A stretch of 64,000 nucleotides of DNA, from contig OZ253489.1 in assembly GCA_965261965.1 (NCBI GenBank), positions 2,665,931 to 2,729,930 of the forward strand, in the 5' to 3' direction. This stretch comes from Dehalococcoidia bacterium (GTDB lineage: Bacteria > Chloroflexota > Dehalococcoidia > Lucifugimonadales > JAGWBF01). Under the pieces are notes generated by a model, which made no database searches, was not told where the DNA came from, and saw nothing but the letters and a program-made list of their open reading frames with translations. Below, in pieces: positions 11,081-21,534 of this stretch (its first letter is position 1; each line of letters starts with the position of its first letter). The position numbers and the translations under genes are program-made.

Positions 11081-12159
11081 AGCTTGAACCTCCCAGCCAA
11101 ACCTTGGGGTCTCAAGAGCATCAGCGCCACCAAGAGAACACCCAAGACGACCTGCCGGGCTTGGCCGACGAACTCGTTCGGTATGAACGGCAGAAAGCGC
11201 ATCCCCTCTTCCAACAGGACGAAAGCCATGGCGCCCATCAGGGAACCGCGGATGGAAGCCAGCCCTCCCAGTATTACGATCGACACCAACAGGACCGATT
11301 CCAACAGAATGAAGGAGTTGGGGTCGATGAAGCTTGTCCAGCTGCTAAATAACCCGCCGGCAAGCCCAGCCATCATTGCTGAGACCACCCATATGGCTAA
11401 TTTATAGTGGGTTGCCCGGTATCCAAAAACCTCTATTGCTTGCTCATCTTCACGAATTGCGGTAAGCACACGTCCAAAGGAAGATGACACGATGAACCAT
11501 GAGACCAGCACGACGACAGCAAGGAATGCCAGCGCCAAGGCCAAGAACTCCAATTCGCCGTCGAATACCCAGCCGCCTATTTCAGGTCTGGGTATCTGAT
11601 GAATGCCGAAGGGCCCCCTGGTAAGGGTCCGCCAGTTCAAGAAGATGTTGTAGACGATGATCGCAAAGCCGAAAGATACAAGGACGTAGATATCATCTCT
11701 GAACCTGTTGAAGGCAACGCCTACCAAGATAGCCACCAAGCCGGCTACTACGACACTCACCGGCAGGGCAGCAAAGAACGGCCAAGCAAAGGTGGGAATA
11801 GCTTCCGTGCGCAGCTGTTCATATGCAGCATCCGAGGTCAGAATGGCCGTGGAGTAAGCGCCGATTCCGAAAAAACCGATGTGCCCTATGGATAGCAGAC
11901 CGGTAAACCCCACCACCAAATTGAGGCTGACCGCCAGTATCGCCCAGATGGCGAATATGGTGCCTATCGTTATGGCAAATCCGGTGCCTTGCCATAGCAT
12001 GAACGCCACTGCCCAAGCGATCACAAACAGGTTCGCCCACAGCTCCACATTCACCTTGGGAGACCGCATAAGCCCCTGAGACCTTTGTGCCAGCTTCTTT
12101 AAATCCATATGTGCAAGCAAACCCGCCAACATGTTCTTACTTTCTTGGCAACAAGCCAT
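11077..12159 (-). CDS. livM: Branched-chain amino acid-type ABC permease (LivM-like)
   Basis: SLNLVVGFTGLLSIGHIGFFGIGAY, LTRGPFGI, FGRVLTAIREDE. Start uncertain. Confidence 0.88.
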   Translation of the reverse strand: MACCQESKNMLAGLLAHMDLKKLAQRSQGLMRSPKVNVELWANLFVIAWAVAFMLWQGTGFAITIGTIFAIWAILAVSLNLVVGFTGLLSIGHIGFFGIGAYSTAILTSDAAYEQLRTEAIPTFAWPFFAALPVSVVVAGLVAILVGVAFNRFRDDIYVLVSFGFAIIVYNIFLNWRTLTRGPFGIHQIPRPEIGGWVFDGELEFLALALAFLAVVVLVSWFIVSSSFGRVLTAIREDEQAIEVFGYRATHYKLAIWVVSAMMAGLAGGLFSSWTSFIDPNSFILLESVLLVSIVILGGLASIRGSLMGAMAFVLLEEGMRFLPFIPNEFVGQARQVVLGVLLVALMLLRPQGLAGRFKL

Positions 12160-13519
12160 TTGGCCAGAAGGATAAGAAGAGGATCAGCAGGATGAAAGAT
12201 ATGGCTTCCTTCCATTGTCCCGCCAGGTCCCAGATGCCGAACTGTTCGACCATACCCAAGACAAAGCCGCCAACGATGGCCCCGTACAGGTTGCCGATAC
12301 CGCCGACCACAGAAGCTATCCAACCCTTCAACAATAGCAGGAGGCCCATCTTGGGCTGAATAGCTGTATCATGGCCGCTCAACAACCCGGCCATCGCGGC
12401 AAAGACCGCTCCTATGAAGAAGACCGCGCCGATGATGACCGTGGTGTTTATTCCCACCACCTTGGAAACCTCTTCATCATCGCCTATGGCCCTGACAGCC
12501 CTTCCGAAGGCGGTCTTCTTGAGGAGGACAAACAATGCCATAAAGCCGACCACGGCAACGCCGATGGTGAATACATTGAATCCCTTGATGTATGCGCCGC
12601 CGACAGCCCAAGAGGCGCTGCCAAAGGCTTCTGGAAGGGCTCGCGGCGGGCTTTGGAAGACTATTACGATGAATGCGGAGATGGCCAGCAACATGCCGAG
12701 GGAGGCAACGAGCATGATCAAGGGGGACCTTGCTTGTTGACGCATGTAGACGTACAAGCCCCTGTATAATGCCACACCGACTGCTCCAGCCAGCAAGCAT
12801 GACACTCCCCAGCTCAGATAAAGCTTGGACCCTGGGGCATCAGCCACAAGTAAGCTGCAATACACCCCCAAGGCCGCCGCCGCAAGGGTGGCAAGAACCA
12901 ATAAAGGCACATGCTTGGCGCCGGCCCAAATGCGCTGATATCCCCGATGGAGCACCCAAACCGCCGCCGCCGCCGCCATTACGCCTATCGCTGGGCTGAG
13001 CATGATGTTCAGCTGGCCCGGATAGGCTAGAACCAGCCACGTATAAGCTCCGGCTCCCGCAGCCGCCAAGCCTTGGATGACCAGCAGTGAAGTTCGACCA
13101 AAGCGGGCGGTGAGCCGGGGAAGAATAATCGTATGGAAGACCCAGACGGTCACTCCGGCAACCACAGCCGCCAGTACGGTATTGACGAAAATGCTGTTGA
13201 CATCGTGCTGCCTGCCCAAGGTCTCTTGGGTCCTCAGGTAGTAGACGCCGTACGCCCCCATAGCTGCTGCCGCACCGTAGTACAGATCGAAGAACCAGAC
13301 GGTGCTGTACACGATGGTGAACCCCATCGCCAAGATGGCGTACACAGCGCCCACCGACAGGCCGTTGAAGGTGAACTGTAGTGCTTGGTCCGGGGATTGG
13401 GTAACCTTCCAGCAGACATAGGCTACAGCTGCCATCGTCAGCACAATTGCCAAGATGTTGGCCCGGCTTCCAAGATGTGTGAGCAAATGGCGCCTCGAAG
13501 CGAACTTCAGTTTGATCAA
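12137..13519 (-). CDS. livH: Branched-chain amino acid-type ABC permease (LivH-like, with extra TM segments)
   Basis: NGLSVGAVYAILAMGFTIVY, FGRAVRAIGDD, VVGGIGNLYGAIVGG; 460 aa is longer than typical LivH. Confidence 0.85.
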   Translation of the reverse strand: MIKLKFASRRHLLTHLGSRANILAIVLTMAAVAYVCWKVTQSPDQALQFTFNGLSVGAVYAILAMGFTIVYSTVWFFDLYYGAAAAMGAYGVYYLRTQETLGRQHDVNSIFVNTVLAAVVAGVTVWVFHTIILPRLTARFGRTSLLVIQGLAAAGAGAYTWLVLAYPGQLNIMLSPAIGVMAAAAAVWVLHRGYQRIWAGAKHVPLLVLATLAAAALGVYCSLLVADAPGSKLYLSWGVSCLLAGAVGVALYRGLYVYMRQQARSPLIMLVASLGMLLAISAFIVIVFQSPPRALPEAFGSASWAVGGAYIKGFNVFTIGVAVVGFMALFVLLKKTAFGRAVRAIGDDEEVSKVVGINTTVIIGAVFFIGAVFAAMAGLLSGHDTAIQPKMGLLLLLKGWIASVVGGIGNLYGAIVGGFVLGMVEQFGIWDLAGQWKEAISFILLILFLSFWPNGLLPRK

Positions 13520-13599
13520 AGCTCATCGGGCCAACCCAAGCGCTCCCCTAACGTCCAGATACGGCGCCAGAGTCGGCCCGATGTCTCACCAAGTAGCTG

Positions 13600-13640
13600 C
13601 CCCGCCGGGATGGCCGAATGCTGGCGTCACCCCGGCGGGG
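13600..13640 (-). terminator. GC-rich intercistronic stem-loop after the binding-protein gene (possible mRNA stabiliser or attenuator)
   Basis: Perfect 10-bp stem CCCCGCCGGG (13600-13609) / CCCGGCGGGG (13631-13640); no U-tract. Confidence 0.4.
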
Positions 13641-13660
13641 ACCGTTACCATGAGGTAAGA

Positions 13661-14887
13661 TTAGTTGGTTGGAGCACTGCCCAAGACTCGTTGACCCTGG
13701 TTGGTTTCGTTTCTTTCATCAACCGGCAGAATCTCTACGACCGCGTTGGAAAGACCGACAACCTCGCCTTTTTCGTCAAAGCTGTAGTTGTCTCCTATGG
13801 CGCCGCTCCAGGTGATATCGTACAAACAGTCCCTGACACCATCCGCATCCTGGTCGTCACCTGTCCTCTTGAGGCACTCCGCCGCGATATATACATCATC
13901 GTAGGCTGAGCCCAAGAACCAAGCTAGGGTGATGGTTCCGTAGCGTTCCAGGAAGTTGGCTAGAAATTCCTTCCCTTTATCGGTGGACAGGTCAGGGCTC
14001 GGGATGATGCCCTTCAAGCCGGTAGCGGCATCGCCGGCTATTTCAATCGCCGTTGACCCCGTTGGCACGGACTCTGAGTACAATGGACCTTGGTAACCCA
14101 GCTCACGGAGTTGCTTCATGATCGTGCCGCCGCTGAACTCCGTCTGGGCAGCCAAGAGAATAGCATCGGGGCTTTCGTCGATGAGTTTGGCCAACTGGGA
14201 CCTGAAGTCGATGATGTCGGAGGAGTACCGCTCCTCGCCCAATACCTGACCGCCCAGCTTCTCGAACTGTGCGACGGAGGTCCGTCTCACACCCTCAGCG
14301 TAGTCGGTTGATTCAGTCATGGTAGCCAGTGTACGAATGCCGTCCGCCCAGAGTACGTTGCCGGTGTCGACGCCCAGCTTGTCATCGTTGATCGCGGTCC
14401 GGAAAATGTAGTCGCCAGCCTCCGCTATGTCCGGGTTGGTTGCCGATGCGGAGAGTAGGATCACACCATCCGCCTCAGCCAGAGGTGCGGCTCCAAGCAT
14501 GGCTCCGCTGCATGTGGTGCCGAGGATGATCTTCACACCATCCACATCGGTTAGTTTGTTGTAGGCAGTAATCGAGTCCTGCGCGCCGCATTTCGAATCT
14601 TCGACGATGATCTCCAACATGCGGCCGTCTATACCGCCCGCAGCATTGATCTCGTCGACAGCCATCTGCTTGGCTTTGATAATCGCTGTGCCATAGCTCT
14701 CACCCCGTCCTGTGGCCGAGTCCATCACACCGATCCTGAAGGGTTCGTCGCTGTCACTCCCACTGGCCGAGTCCATCACACCGGTCCCGAAGGGTTCGTC
14801 GCTGTCACTCCCACAAGCAACGGATGCTAGAGCCAGAATCGACAACAACATGAATGGGACTACCAGTTTCTTCAGCAAGATTGCCAT
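13661..14887 (-). CDS. ABC substrate-binding lipoprotein (LivJ/K family)
   Basis: Lipobox-like LASVAC, AVDEINAAGGIDGR, YIFRTA, DFRSQL; AGGAGG RBS. Confidence 0.88.
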   Translation of the reverse strand: MAILLKKLVVPFMLLSILALASVACGSDSDEPFGTGVMDSASGSDSDEPFRIGVMDSATGRGESYGTAIIKAKQMAVDEINAAGGIDGRMLEIIVEDSKCGAQDSITAYNKLTDVDGVKIILGTTCSGAMLGAAPLAEADGVILLSASATNPDIAEAGDYIFRTAINDDKLGVDTGNVLWADGIRTLATMTESTDYAEGVRRTSVAQFEKLGGQVLGEERYSSDIIDFRSQLAKLIDESPDAILLAAQTEFSGGTIMKQLRELGYQGPLYSESVPTGSTAIEIAGDAATGLKGIIPSPDLSTDKGKEFLANFLERYGTITLAWFLGSAYDDVYIAAECLKRTGDDQDADGVRDCLYDITWSGAIGDNYSFDEKGEVVGLSNAVVEILPVDERNETNQGQRVLGSAPTN

Positions 14888-15002
14888 GACACCCTCCCTT
14901 TATAATGGATGATTTGCCACAACCCAACATCTACCGGCTAACAGCTGTACCGGGACTATTGACGGATACTTTGCACATCGTTCATACAGCCTTAAGCCTT
15001 AT

Positions 15003-15449
15003 CTATCCACCCGGTCCCGGTTTATTGCCTGAAGTGGTCACGCTCTGTCCGGATGTTTCCTTGCGTTTTGCAAGCGCACATTCGATCAGCGCTCGAATTG
15101 CCGGCTGGCGCGCATCATCAAGCAGGTGGATCTTCGCATGGCGCATCTTGGCGCCGGCGCCTTCAAGAAGCCCGTTCGGGTCCGGCTGCCCGTACCCCTG
15201 CCCGTACCTCTGATAAGGATCGAAGCCGAGGTTGACCCATGTTTTATGGGGCTGAATATAAGCATAACCATCGATCATCTTCGGGGAACCTACGCCAAAG
15301 GTTGCCGCCCTGTCGCCAAGACGCACCACCTCGCAAACCTTCGGATCGACCTCGAAGATGATGTCCCTCAGGGCCTGAGCGACTGCTCGGAGGGGATCTT
15401 CCGTAGTCTGGAGCAAATCCTCGAACGTTCTGATATCAACTGGGGACAA
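15003..15449 (-). CDS. DUF1801/YdhG-like protein
   Basis: ALRDIIFEVDP...WVNLGF...PDPNGLLEGAGAKMRHAKI pattern; carries a 12-bp tandem duplication (YGQGYGQ). Confidence 0.7.
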   Translation of the reverse strand: MSPVDIRTFEDLLQTTEDPLRAVAQALRDIIFEVDPKVCEVVRLGDRAATFGVGSPKMIDGYAYIQPHKTWVNLGFDPYQRYGQGYGQPDPNGLLEGAGAKMRHAKIHLLDDARQPAIRALIECALAKRKETSGQSVTTSGNKPGPGG

Positions 15450-15693
15450 GTTGTCGTTACTCCCGTGCTTGATTACCCAATTCGTATATACTCTTTATCC
15501 AGCGTTTTAGTCAATAAGATACCGCGGGCGTAGCTGTTCAGTTTCTGTGAGTTGAACGTTGAGGGCCTCCCCGGAACGTCGGTCCGAACGCAACATCAGC
15601 GCCCGAAATGTCATGCCGAACCCAATTCTGCCGATGCGACAACCCGACCTTCCACCAACCTCAACACTTGATGTAGAATGACAGGTGCCCATT

Positions 15694-17289
15694 GAGTTTG
15701 TCTCATAGACCGGTGGGCGGGTTGAGTAACACAGGTGTGGGAGCGATGCGCCTCAACAGAGGTTGGCCCGTCCAGTTGCACCGGCCACTTGTCGGCCCCC
15801 AGAAAGGTCGTCTACTCTCTTAGTTCCATGGCGCCTTGACCCAGTCCCAAGGCGCTTGGCCGCTGCGCCATAGCTTGAGCAAGTTATGGGTCGTCCCTGC
15901 CAGCGACCACTCACTCTGTGCAGCGCCCAACCCCCGTCTCATAAACCGTCGGAACCCCTGGCCTTCCTTGACCTGTCCGAACACCGGCTCCACCAGTACA
16001 CCCCGCTTCTTGTACAGAGCTCGGCCTCGCTTTGTCAGCAGCTTGCGCTCCATCCTGTCCCTCGGGCTCAGTCCTTTTGGTATACGCCCTCGGGGACACC
16101 CCTTCTCCCATAGCAGCTTCCGCTGTTTCCAATCCTTGGTGGTGGCAATAAGAAGCTCAGGCATCTCTGGCCAGGGGCAAGCCCTGATGTTGGCCTCACT
16201 CCAGTACCCGGCATCGGCCAAGCCCGCTTTGGGCCGGTCCTCTATGCCGGCTGCTTCCAGAGTATGCGCCATGGTTTGGAGCATCGGCTCCAGTTGCTGC
16301 ACATCGTTGGCCTCTTGGGTCACTCCAACGGCTACTATGATCTGCTCCTCGCTCACCACCGCCTGGGCATTGTAGCCCTGCACGTACCCTTGCCTGGTCT
16401 TCATGATACGACTGTCCGGGTCGGTGGTATTAGCCTTCGCCCCTTCGGTAGGAAGTGGCTCTACCACCTTGGGCTTTCGCCCTCGCTTCTTTTTGCCTGT
16501 GACATCTTCTTCTGCCCGCCGTCGCTCCACGTGCTCTTGGACAGCCTTGGCTCCTGCTTCAGCCTCCCGCTGCAGACGTTCCTTGGCTTCCTTCAGGCGC
16601 TTGAGCCGCTCCGTCCGTCCCCCTAGCCCTTCCGGTAGCTCATCCCCTCGCCGGTCGGGACCATAATGGGCATCCTCTTCAGCATCCGTTGCCTTGGCCT
16701 CTGCCAACATGCGCCGCACTTCTTCTTCAATGGCCTGGTGGCTCCGGTTGGTGGCCAGGGCCGCGTTGGCTGCCACCTTCGTCCCATCAAGAGCCACTAC
16801 CCCCAACTTCACCAGACCCGCTTCATGGCATAACCTCAGTACCTCTACAAAGAGCTCCTCGAACGCCTCCTCGCGCTCCGCCCTAAAGCGACAGATGGTA
16901 CGGAAGTCTGGCTGCCGGTTGGCCGCCACCACCCGGAATCCTACATCTTCCTCCAGAGCACGGGCTATGCGCCTGGAACTGCGTACACCCAGGCAGTAGC
17001 CGTACAACAGGATGGCCACCATCATCCCCGGATCGTAGGCCGCTGCACCCCATCCATCACTTCGATAGACTGCATAGAACTCCCTCAGATCCATCTGGCC
17101 TACTGCATCTACAATGAACCAAGCCAAGTGACCCTCACTCAGCCAATCCCTCATGGACGGCGGCATCAAGTAGCTCTGGTCTCGCTCGCAACTCAGAAGG
17201 TTATAAGCCATAGTGTCCTACCTGCCTGATGTTTCTATGAGCTTACTGCTTCGCCAACCCCGCAGGAAGGGGGTTTATGGGACACGCTC
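15694..17289 (-). mobile_element. IS1182-family insertion sequence, apparently intact (1,596 bp)
   Basis: Terminal IRs GAGTTTGTCTCATAGACC (15694-) and revcomp GAGCGTGTCCCATAAACC (-17289) match 14/18. Direct repeat CATT at 15690-15693 and 17290-17293. Confidence 0.9.
15820..17211 (-). CDS. IS1182-family DDE transposase
   Basis: YDPGMMVAILLYGY...SSRRI, PDFRTICRFR, ALDGTKV, NTTDPDSRIMK, GYNAQ, ADAGY, VEPVFGQVK. Confidence 0.93.
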   Translation of the reverse strand: MAYNLLSCERDQSYLMPPSMRDWLSEGHLAWFIVDAVGQMDLREFYAVYRSDGWGAAAYDPGMMVAILLYGYCLGVRSSRRIARALEEDVGFRVVAANRQPDFRTICRFRAEREEAFEELFVEVLRLCHEAGLVKLGVVALDGTKVAANAALATNRSHQAIEEEVRRMLAEAKATDAEEDAHYGPDRRGDELPEGLGGRTERLKRLKEAKERLQREAEAGAKAVQEHVERRRAEEDVTGKKKRGRKPKVVEPLPTEGAKANTTDPDSRIMKTRQGYVQGYNAQAVVSEEQIIVAVGVTQEANDVQQLEPMLQTMAHTLEAAGIEDRPKAGLADAGYWSEANIRACPWPEMPELLIATTKDWKQRKLLWEKGCPRGRIPKGLSPRDRMERKLLTKRGRALYKKRGVLVEPVFGQVKEGQGFRRFMRRGLGAAQSEWSLAGTTHNLLKLWRSGQAPWDWVKAPWN

Positions 17290-17424
17290 CATTGTGCCGT
17301 TTTCTTAGACTGCAGCCCGGCGATCCTGCTCGTTCGCTTGGTCCACAGCAGAAGGTACGGCGACGAATGTTTCCCGTCAAGGGATGGGGATCAGATTATT
17401 CAGGATGTGTGCTTCCGAATTCTC

Positions 17425-18384
17425 ATGACTAATCGGCCGAACGTGAACGACCAAGAATATGCTATCTTCACCCAAGGACTGGTGCGGCACTTTGGCGATG
17501 TCCAGGCGGTCAACGGCATAGATCTGGCAGTGCGCCGTGGAGAGATATACGGCTTCCTCGGCCCCAACGGCGCTGGCAAGACCACCGTTATCCGGATGCT
17601 GATTACGCTGTTAGCCCCCACTGCAGGCGAGATTTGGGTGGCGGGCCACGATGTTGTGCGCCAGCCCGAAGAGGTGCGCACCCGCATCGGTGCAGCCCTA
17701 CAGGAAGCTGCCCTCGACAACAAACAGACCGGGCGCGAGCTCCTGAATCTACAGGGCAATCTTTACGGCCTCTCCAGGCGGCAGGTCAAGCAACGCATCG
17801 ATGAGCTTACCGACTTGGTGGACATCGGCGAAGCTATGGACCGGATGATTGGCACCTACTCCGGCGGCATGAAACGCAGGCTGGACCTGGCCGCAGCGCT
17901 GATCCATAACCCCTCGGTGCTCTTCTTGGATGAACCTACCTCCGGGCTTGACCCCATCAGCAGAGCTCGCATCTGGGAGGAAGTGCGCAATATCAACAGC
18001 AAGCTTGAGGTGACCATATTCCTCACCACCCAGTACCTGGAGGAGGCAGATGCACTGGCTCACCGAGTCGGCATCATCGCACAAGGTAAGTTGGCAGCCC
18101 AAGGGGCCCCAGCCGACCTGAAGCGGGCCCGCGGCTCCGACCTTATATTGGTCCGGCTTGACGGAGATACAGCAGCAGCAACGGAAGCTCTGAACAGTAT
18201 CTCCCAGGTGGAAAACGTCGCGGTACATGGACAAGAGCTGACCGTCAGCGTAGCCAACGGCGCAGCTTTGATCAGCACAGTAGCCCTTGCGTTAAACCAG
18301 CGAGGTGTGAGCGTTCAGGAGCTAACCCTGCGGACCCCCACCTTGGATGATGTGTTTCTTCAGGTTACCGGGGGTCGGCTGTAG
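17425..18384 (+). CDS. ABC-2 exporter ATP-binding protein (DrrA-like)
   Basis: GPNGAGKTT, YSGGMKRRLDLA, FLDEPTSGLDP, TTQYLEEAD, PTLDDVFL. Confidence 0.9.
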   Translation: MTNRPNVNDQEYAIFTQGLVRHFGDVQAVNGIDLAVRRGEIYGFLGPNGAGKTTVIRMLITLLAPTAGEIWVAGHDVVRQPEEVRTRIGAALQEAALDNKQTGRELLNLQGNLYGLSRRQVKQRIDELTDLVDIGEAMDRMIGTYSGGMKRRLDLAAALIHNPSVLFLDEPTSGLDPISRARIWEEVRNINSKLEVTIFLTTQYLEEADALAHRVGIIAQGKLAAQGAPADLKRARGSDLILVRLDGDTAAATEALNSISQVENVAVHGQELTVSVANGAALISTVALALNQRGVSVQELTLRTPTLDDVFLQVTGGRL

Positions 18385-18427
18385 GAAGCAGCTAGCTGAT
18401 GAACCAGTTCAACCGGAATTATTACAT

Positions 18428-19237
18428 ATGACAATATCAACATCATCATCCACCGGCCAAGGGACCTTGGCCCGCCGGAGAGGGTTCATCCACGGTACTG
18501 CCAGCGTGGCTGAAAGAGCCCTGCGTTCCATACCGCGGGACCCGGAGGTCACGATTCCAGCCCTCTTGATCCCCGTGTTCATGTACGTTGTGACCGTGGG
18601 AGCGCTCAATGATGTTGCCGAAGGCATCCCCGACCTCAACTACCGCGCCTTCCAGATACCCGTGGCAGTGCTCTTTGCTGTAACTGGCATCTCCCGAGCT
18701 ATGGTGGTGGTGACCGATATCCAGACAGGTTACTTCGACCGCTTGGTGGTTAGCCCGGTGAACCGGCTCGCCTTGCTCTTGGGACTGATGATCGCTGACT
18801 TCACCTTGGTCACCGCTCTCACGGTGCCGGTGGTCATCATGGGATTTATAGCTGGCGTAAACTTTGCGACCGGGGTGCCGGGAATCTTGGCGTTCATGTT
18901 CTTGAGCGGACTGTGGGGGCTGATATTTTCGGGCTTCCCCTACACCATCGCCTTCAAGACGGGCAATCCGGCTGCCGTCAACATGAGCTTCTTGCTGTTC
19001 TTCCCATTCCTGTTTATGACCACCCTGTTTGTCCCCCGTGAGGCGATGACCGGTTGGCTGGGCGCAGCAGCGGACTACAACCCGGTAACCTACCTCCTGG
19101 CTGCCCTACGTTCGTTGGTCTCCGACGGCTGGGAGCCTGTGACCTTGGCAAAGGGCGTGGCTGCCATATTCGGCGTGGGTGTCGTCAGCATCGGTATGTC
19201 TCTAACTGCCCTAAGAGGTCGTGCCACCCGCAAGTAG
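18428..19237 (+). CDS. ABC-2 exporter permease (DrrB-like)
   Basis: About six TM segments, GYFDRLVVSP, NPVTYLLAALR. Confidence 0.85.
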   Translation: MTISTSSSTGQGTLARRRGFIHGTASVAERALRSIPRDPEVTIPALLIPVFMYVVTVGALNDVAEGIPDLNYRAFQIPVAVLFAVTGISRAMVVVTDIQTGYFDRLVVSPVNRLALLLGLMIADFTLVTALTVPVVIMGFIAGVNFATGVPGILAFMFLSGLWGLIFSGFPYTIAFKTGNPAAVNMSFLLFFPFLFMTTLFVPREAMTGWLGAAADYNPVTYLLAALRSLVSDGWEPVTLAKGVAAIFGVGVVSIGMSLTALRGRATRK

Positions 19238-19251
19238 ATTCCCTGTATCAG

Positions 19252-20025
19252 CTAACGGCGAGGCTCCCAAGAGAAGGTCCGAAGGGTCAGCAGCAGTCCG
19301 GCAACCATCCACCCAGTCATCACCAGCAGGTGCACCAATTCGAAACCCGCACCTGTCTCGAAGGGATTGAACGATGTTTGCATTGCCAAGGAAAAGTGTC
19401 TCACCGGGAATATGTCTGCGAAGGTCCTGAGCCATGCTGGCGCATCGTGCATCGGTATGAACACATCCGACACGAACATCAGCGGCAGGATGGATGCGTT
19501 GACAACGGCTGGCGACGCTTCTGCATTCGGGATGATCGCCATGATTGCCAGCCCCAAGGCGCAGAAGGTCGCCGCTCCGATGGCGAGGGTTACCAGAAAT
19601 GCCGGCAGCGTGTTGGTTGGCACATCCACCCCGTAGAAGAGCGCACCGGCTGCTGTGATGATAACGACCAGCAGGACAGCCAGAAACACAGCGTGGGCAA
19701 TCTTTCCCGCCAAGAACGACCATGCAGGAAGCGGGGTCCCCCGGGTACGTTTGAGCAACCCGCGGTCCCTCGAAAAAGACATCATTATGGCTACGTTGGT
19801 GTAGCAGGCCGTGATCACCGACAGGGCTGCTATCGCCGGAACATAGAAGGTGGATGTGCTGACGGTCCCGCCTGGGATGTCCAACTGGTTGTTGCCGAAC
19901 ACCAGGTTGAAGATCACCAAGAACATCAGAGGAAACACAAACGCAAAGAAAGCTGCTACCGGATTGCGCCAGAAAACCGTATTCTGGTACCTGATCTGCC
20001 TCAGAGCCAGCACAAACGAATTCAT
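19252..20025 (-). CDS. ABC-2 exporter permease
   Basis: FWRNPVAAFF, RDRGLLKRTRGTP, PAWLRTFADIFP; overlaps the ATPase stop. Confidence 0.85.
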   Translation of the reverse strand: MNSFVLALRQIRYQNTVFWRNPVAAFFAFVFPLMFLVIFNLVFGNNQLDIPGGTVSTSTFYVPAIAALSVITACYTNVAIMMSFSRDRGLLKRTRGTPLPAWSFLAGKIAHAVFLAVLLVVIITAAGALFYGVDVPTNTLPAFLVTLAIGAATFCALGLAIMAIIPNAEASPAVVNASILPLMFVSDVFIPMHDAPAWLRTFADIFPVRHFSLAMQTSFNPFETGAGFELVHLLVMTGWMVAGLLLTLRTFSWEPRR

Positions 20026-20975
20026 GCTGGTTCTTGGTCCGCCCCATCAGCGCCTGCAAGCTCCAAGAAGACATCTTCCAAGGATGGTCGGGATACCGAA
20101 AGGTCTTCCAGCTCGATTCCCTGCTCCACAGCCCAGCTCGTGATCTGGTGCAAGCTTTGGGTCGGTGTGTCGGTTGTGAAGGTGAACAGCCCATCAGCAG
20201 CGCTGGCTTCTGTCCCCAAGCCCGGAGGTAAGCTTGCTGCTTCAGCCCCTATTCTGAACCGTACGATGGCGCCGCCTTCCTTCTGCATCAACTCGGCGGG
20301 TGTCCCCTCAGCAACGATCTTTCCGTGCGCCATGATTGCTACACGGTCTGCCAAGAACTCTGCCTCGTCCATGTAGTGGGTGGTGAGAACCACGGTTTTA
20401 CCGAGGGACCTCAGGTTCCTGATCATCTCCCAAGCTCCCCGGCGTGCTGAAGGATCGAACCCGGTGGTTGGCTCATCCAAGAACAAAAGGTCGGGGTCCC
20501 CCGCCAGACCAATGGCCAAGTCCAAGCGGCGTTGCTGGCCTCCCGAAAGGCGCCTCACGAGGGTCCGGCGCTGGTCTCCGAGGTCGATCATATCCAGAAT
20601 TTCATCCAGCGGCAACGGATGAGGGTAGTATCTCCGAAAGAGGTCTATGGTCTCAGCAACGGTCAGGTACGGGTCCACTCCGGCCGATTGGAGCACGATG
20701 CCGATACGCTCCTTCAGCTTGCGATCGTTTCCAGCTGGATCGAAGCCCAAGACAGAAACATCGCCTGAGGTCCTGCTTCTATGCCCCTCCAGTATCTCCA
20801 CCGTGGTCGTCTTTCCGGCGCCGTTGGGGCCGAGTAGGGCGAACACTTCCGTCCTCAACACCTGCAGGTCTATCCCGCGGACAGCTTCCACTTGACCATA
20901 CGACTTTCGAAGCCCATGGACCTCAATAACCGGAGAATGTGCTTCTTCATTCGGGGATGCTATTGCCATCTCCAA
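20022..20975 (-). CDS. ABC-2 exporter ATP-binding protein
   Basis: GPNGAGKTT, LSGGQQRRLDLA, FLDEPTTGFDP, TTHYMDEAE, PSLEDVFL. Confidence 0.9.
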   Translation of the reverse strand: MEMAIASPNEEAHSPVIEVHGLRKSYGQVEAVRGIDLQVLRTEVFALLGPNGAGKTTTVEILEGHRSRTSGDVSVLGFDPAGNDRKLKERIGIVLQSAGVDPYLTVAETIDLFRRYYPHPLPLDEILDMIDLGDQRRTLVRRLSGGQQRRLDLAIGLAGDPDLLFLDEPTTGFDPSARRGAWEMIRNLRSLGKTVVLTTHYMDEAEFLADRVAIMAHGKIVAEGTPAELMQKEGGAIVRFRIGAEAASLPPGLGTEASAADGLFTFTTDTPTQSLHQITSWAVEQGIELEDLSVSRPSLEDVFLELAGADGADQEPA

Positions 20976-21033
20976 CCATTTACTTCGTCAACGCCCTCTG
21001 GGTAAGTTCTTGGCAATGATTCACGTATGGGGA

Positions 21034-21534
21034 CTACAAACTACGAGGAGATGAAAGGAGATAATCGGCGACCTTTAGAAGGTCCTCCCGATCTTGGCTG
21101 GTCGGTTCAAATCGTCTGTCCACCTGCAATGTCCAACCCTGAAACTCTTTGGCATAGCTACGAACATCCAAGTTGCGGATCCTCTTTGGTAGTTCTTTTA
21201 TTGTTTGGTCGCTGGAGAGGGTATAGGCGAGTCCGGCGCCATGATCATTACCTCTCCAGATCACATCGACCACCTTTCCAAACAACGGAAAAGACTTTTT
21301 TCTGACGGTCTTGATCCTGACAGCTTGGGTATACGATACCGATTTGTCGTCCGGTATGTGAAGAACAACCCACCACATGGGTCCGCTATGTTTCGACCCG
21401 TCTTGTCTGAGGATGTTCACCCAACTGATAGGCCCTTCCGGTATGTCTATTATTCCCAAGGAACGTGTGCGCCACGACGTTTGTATTTGTTCTTCGAGCC
21501 GCTCACGTTCACTCATTTCTGCTGCTATACCCAA
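21034..21534 (-). CDS. Hypothetical protein
   Basis: 166-aa ORF with protein-like composition; frame stays open to about 21610 with no clear ATG; no recognised motif. Confidence 0.5.
   Translation of the reverse strand: MGIAAEMSERERLEEQIQTSWRTRSLGIIDIPEGPISWVNILRQDGSKHSGPMWWVVLHIPDDKSVSYTQAVRIKTVRKKSFPLFGKVVDVIWRGNDHGAGLAYTLSSDQTIKELPKRIRNLDVRSYAKEFQGWTLQVDRRFEPTSQDREDLLKVADYLLSSPRSL

Noticed and set aside
19054-20376. 440-aa plus-strand ORF
   Set aside because: Lies antisense to the well-supported ABC-2 permease/ATPase pair.
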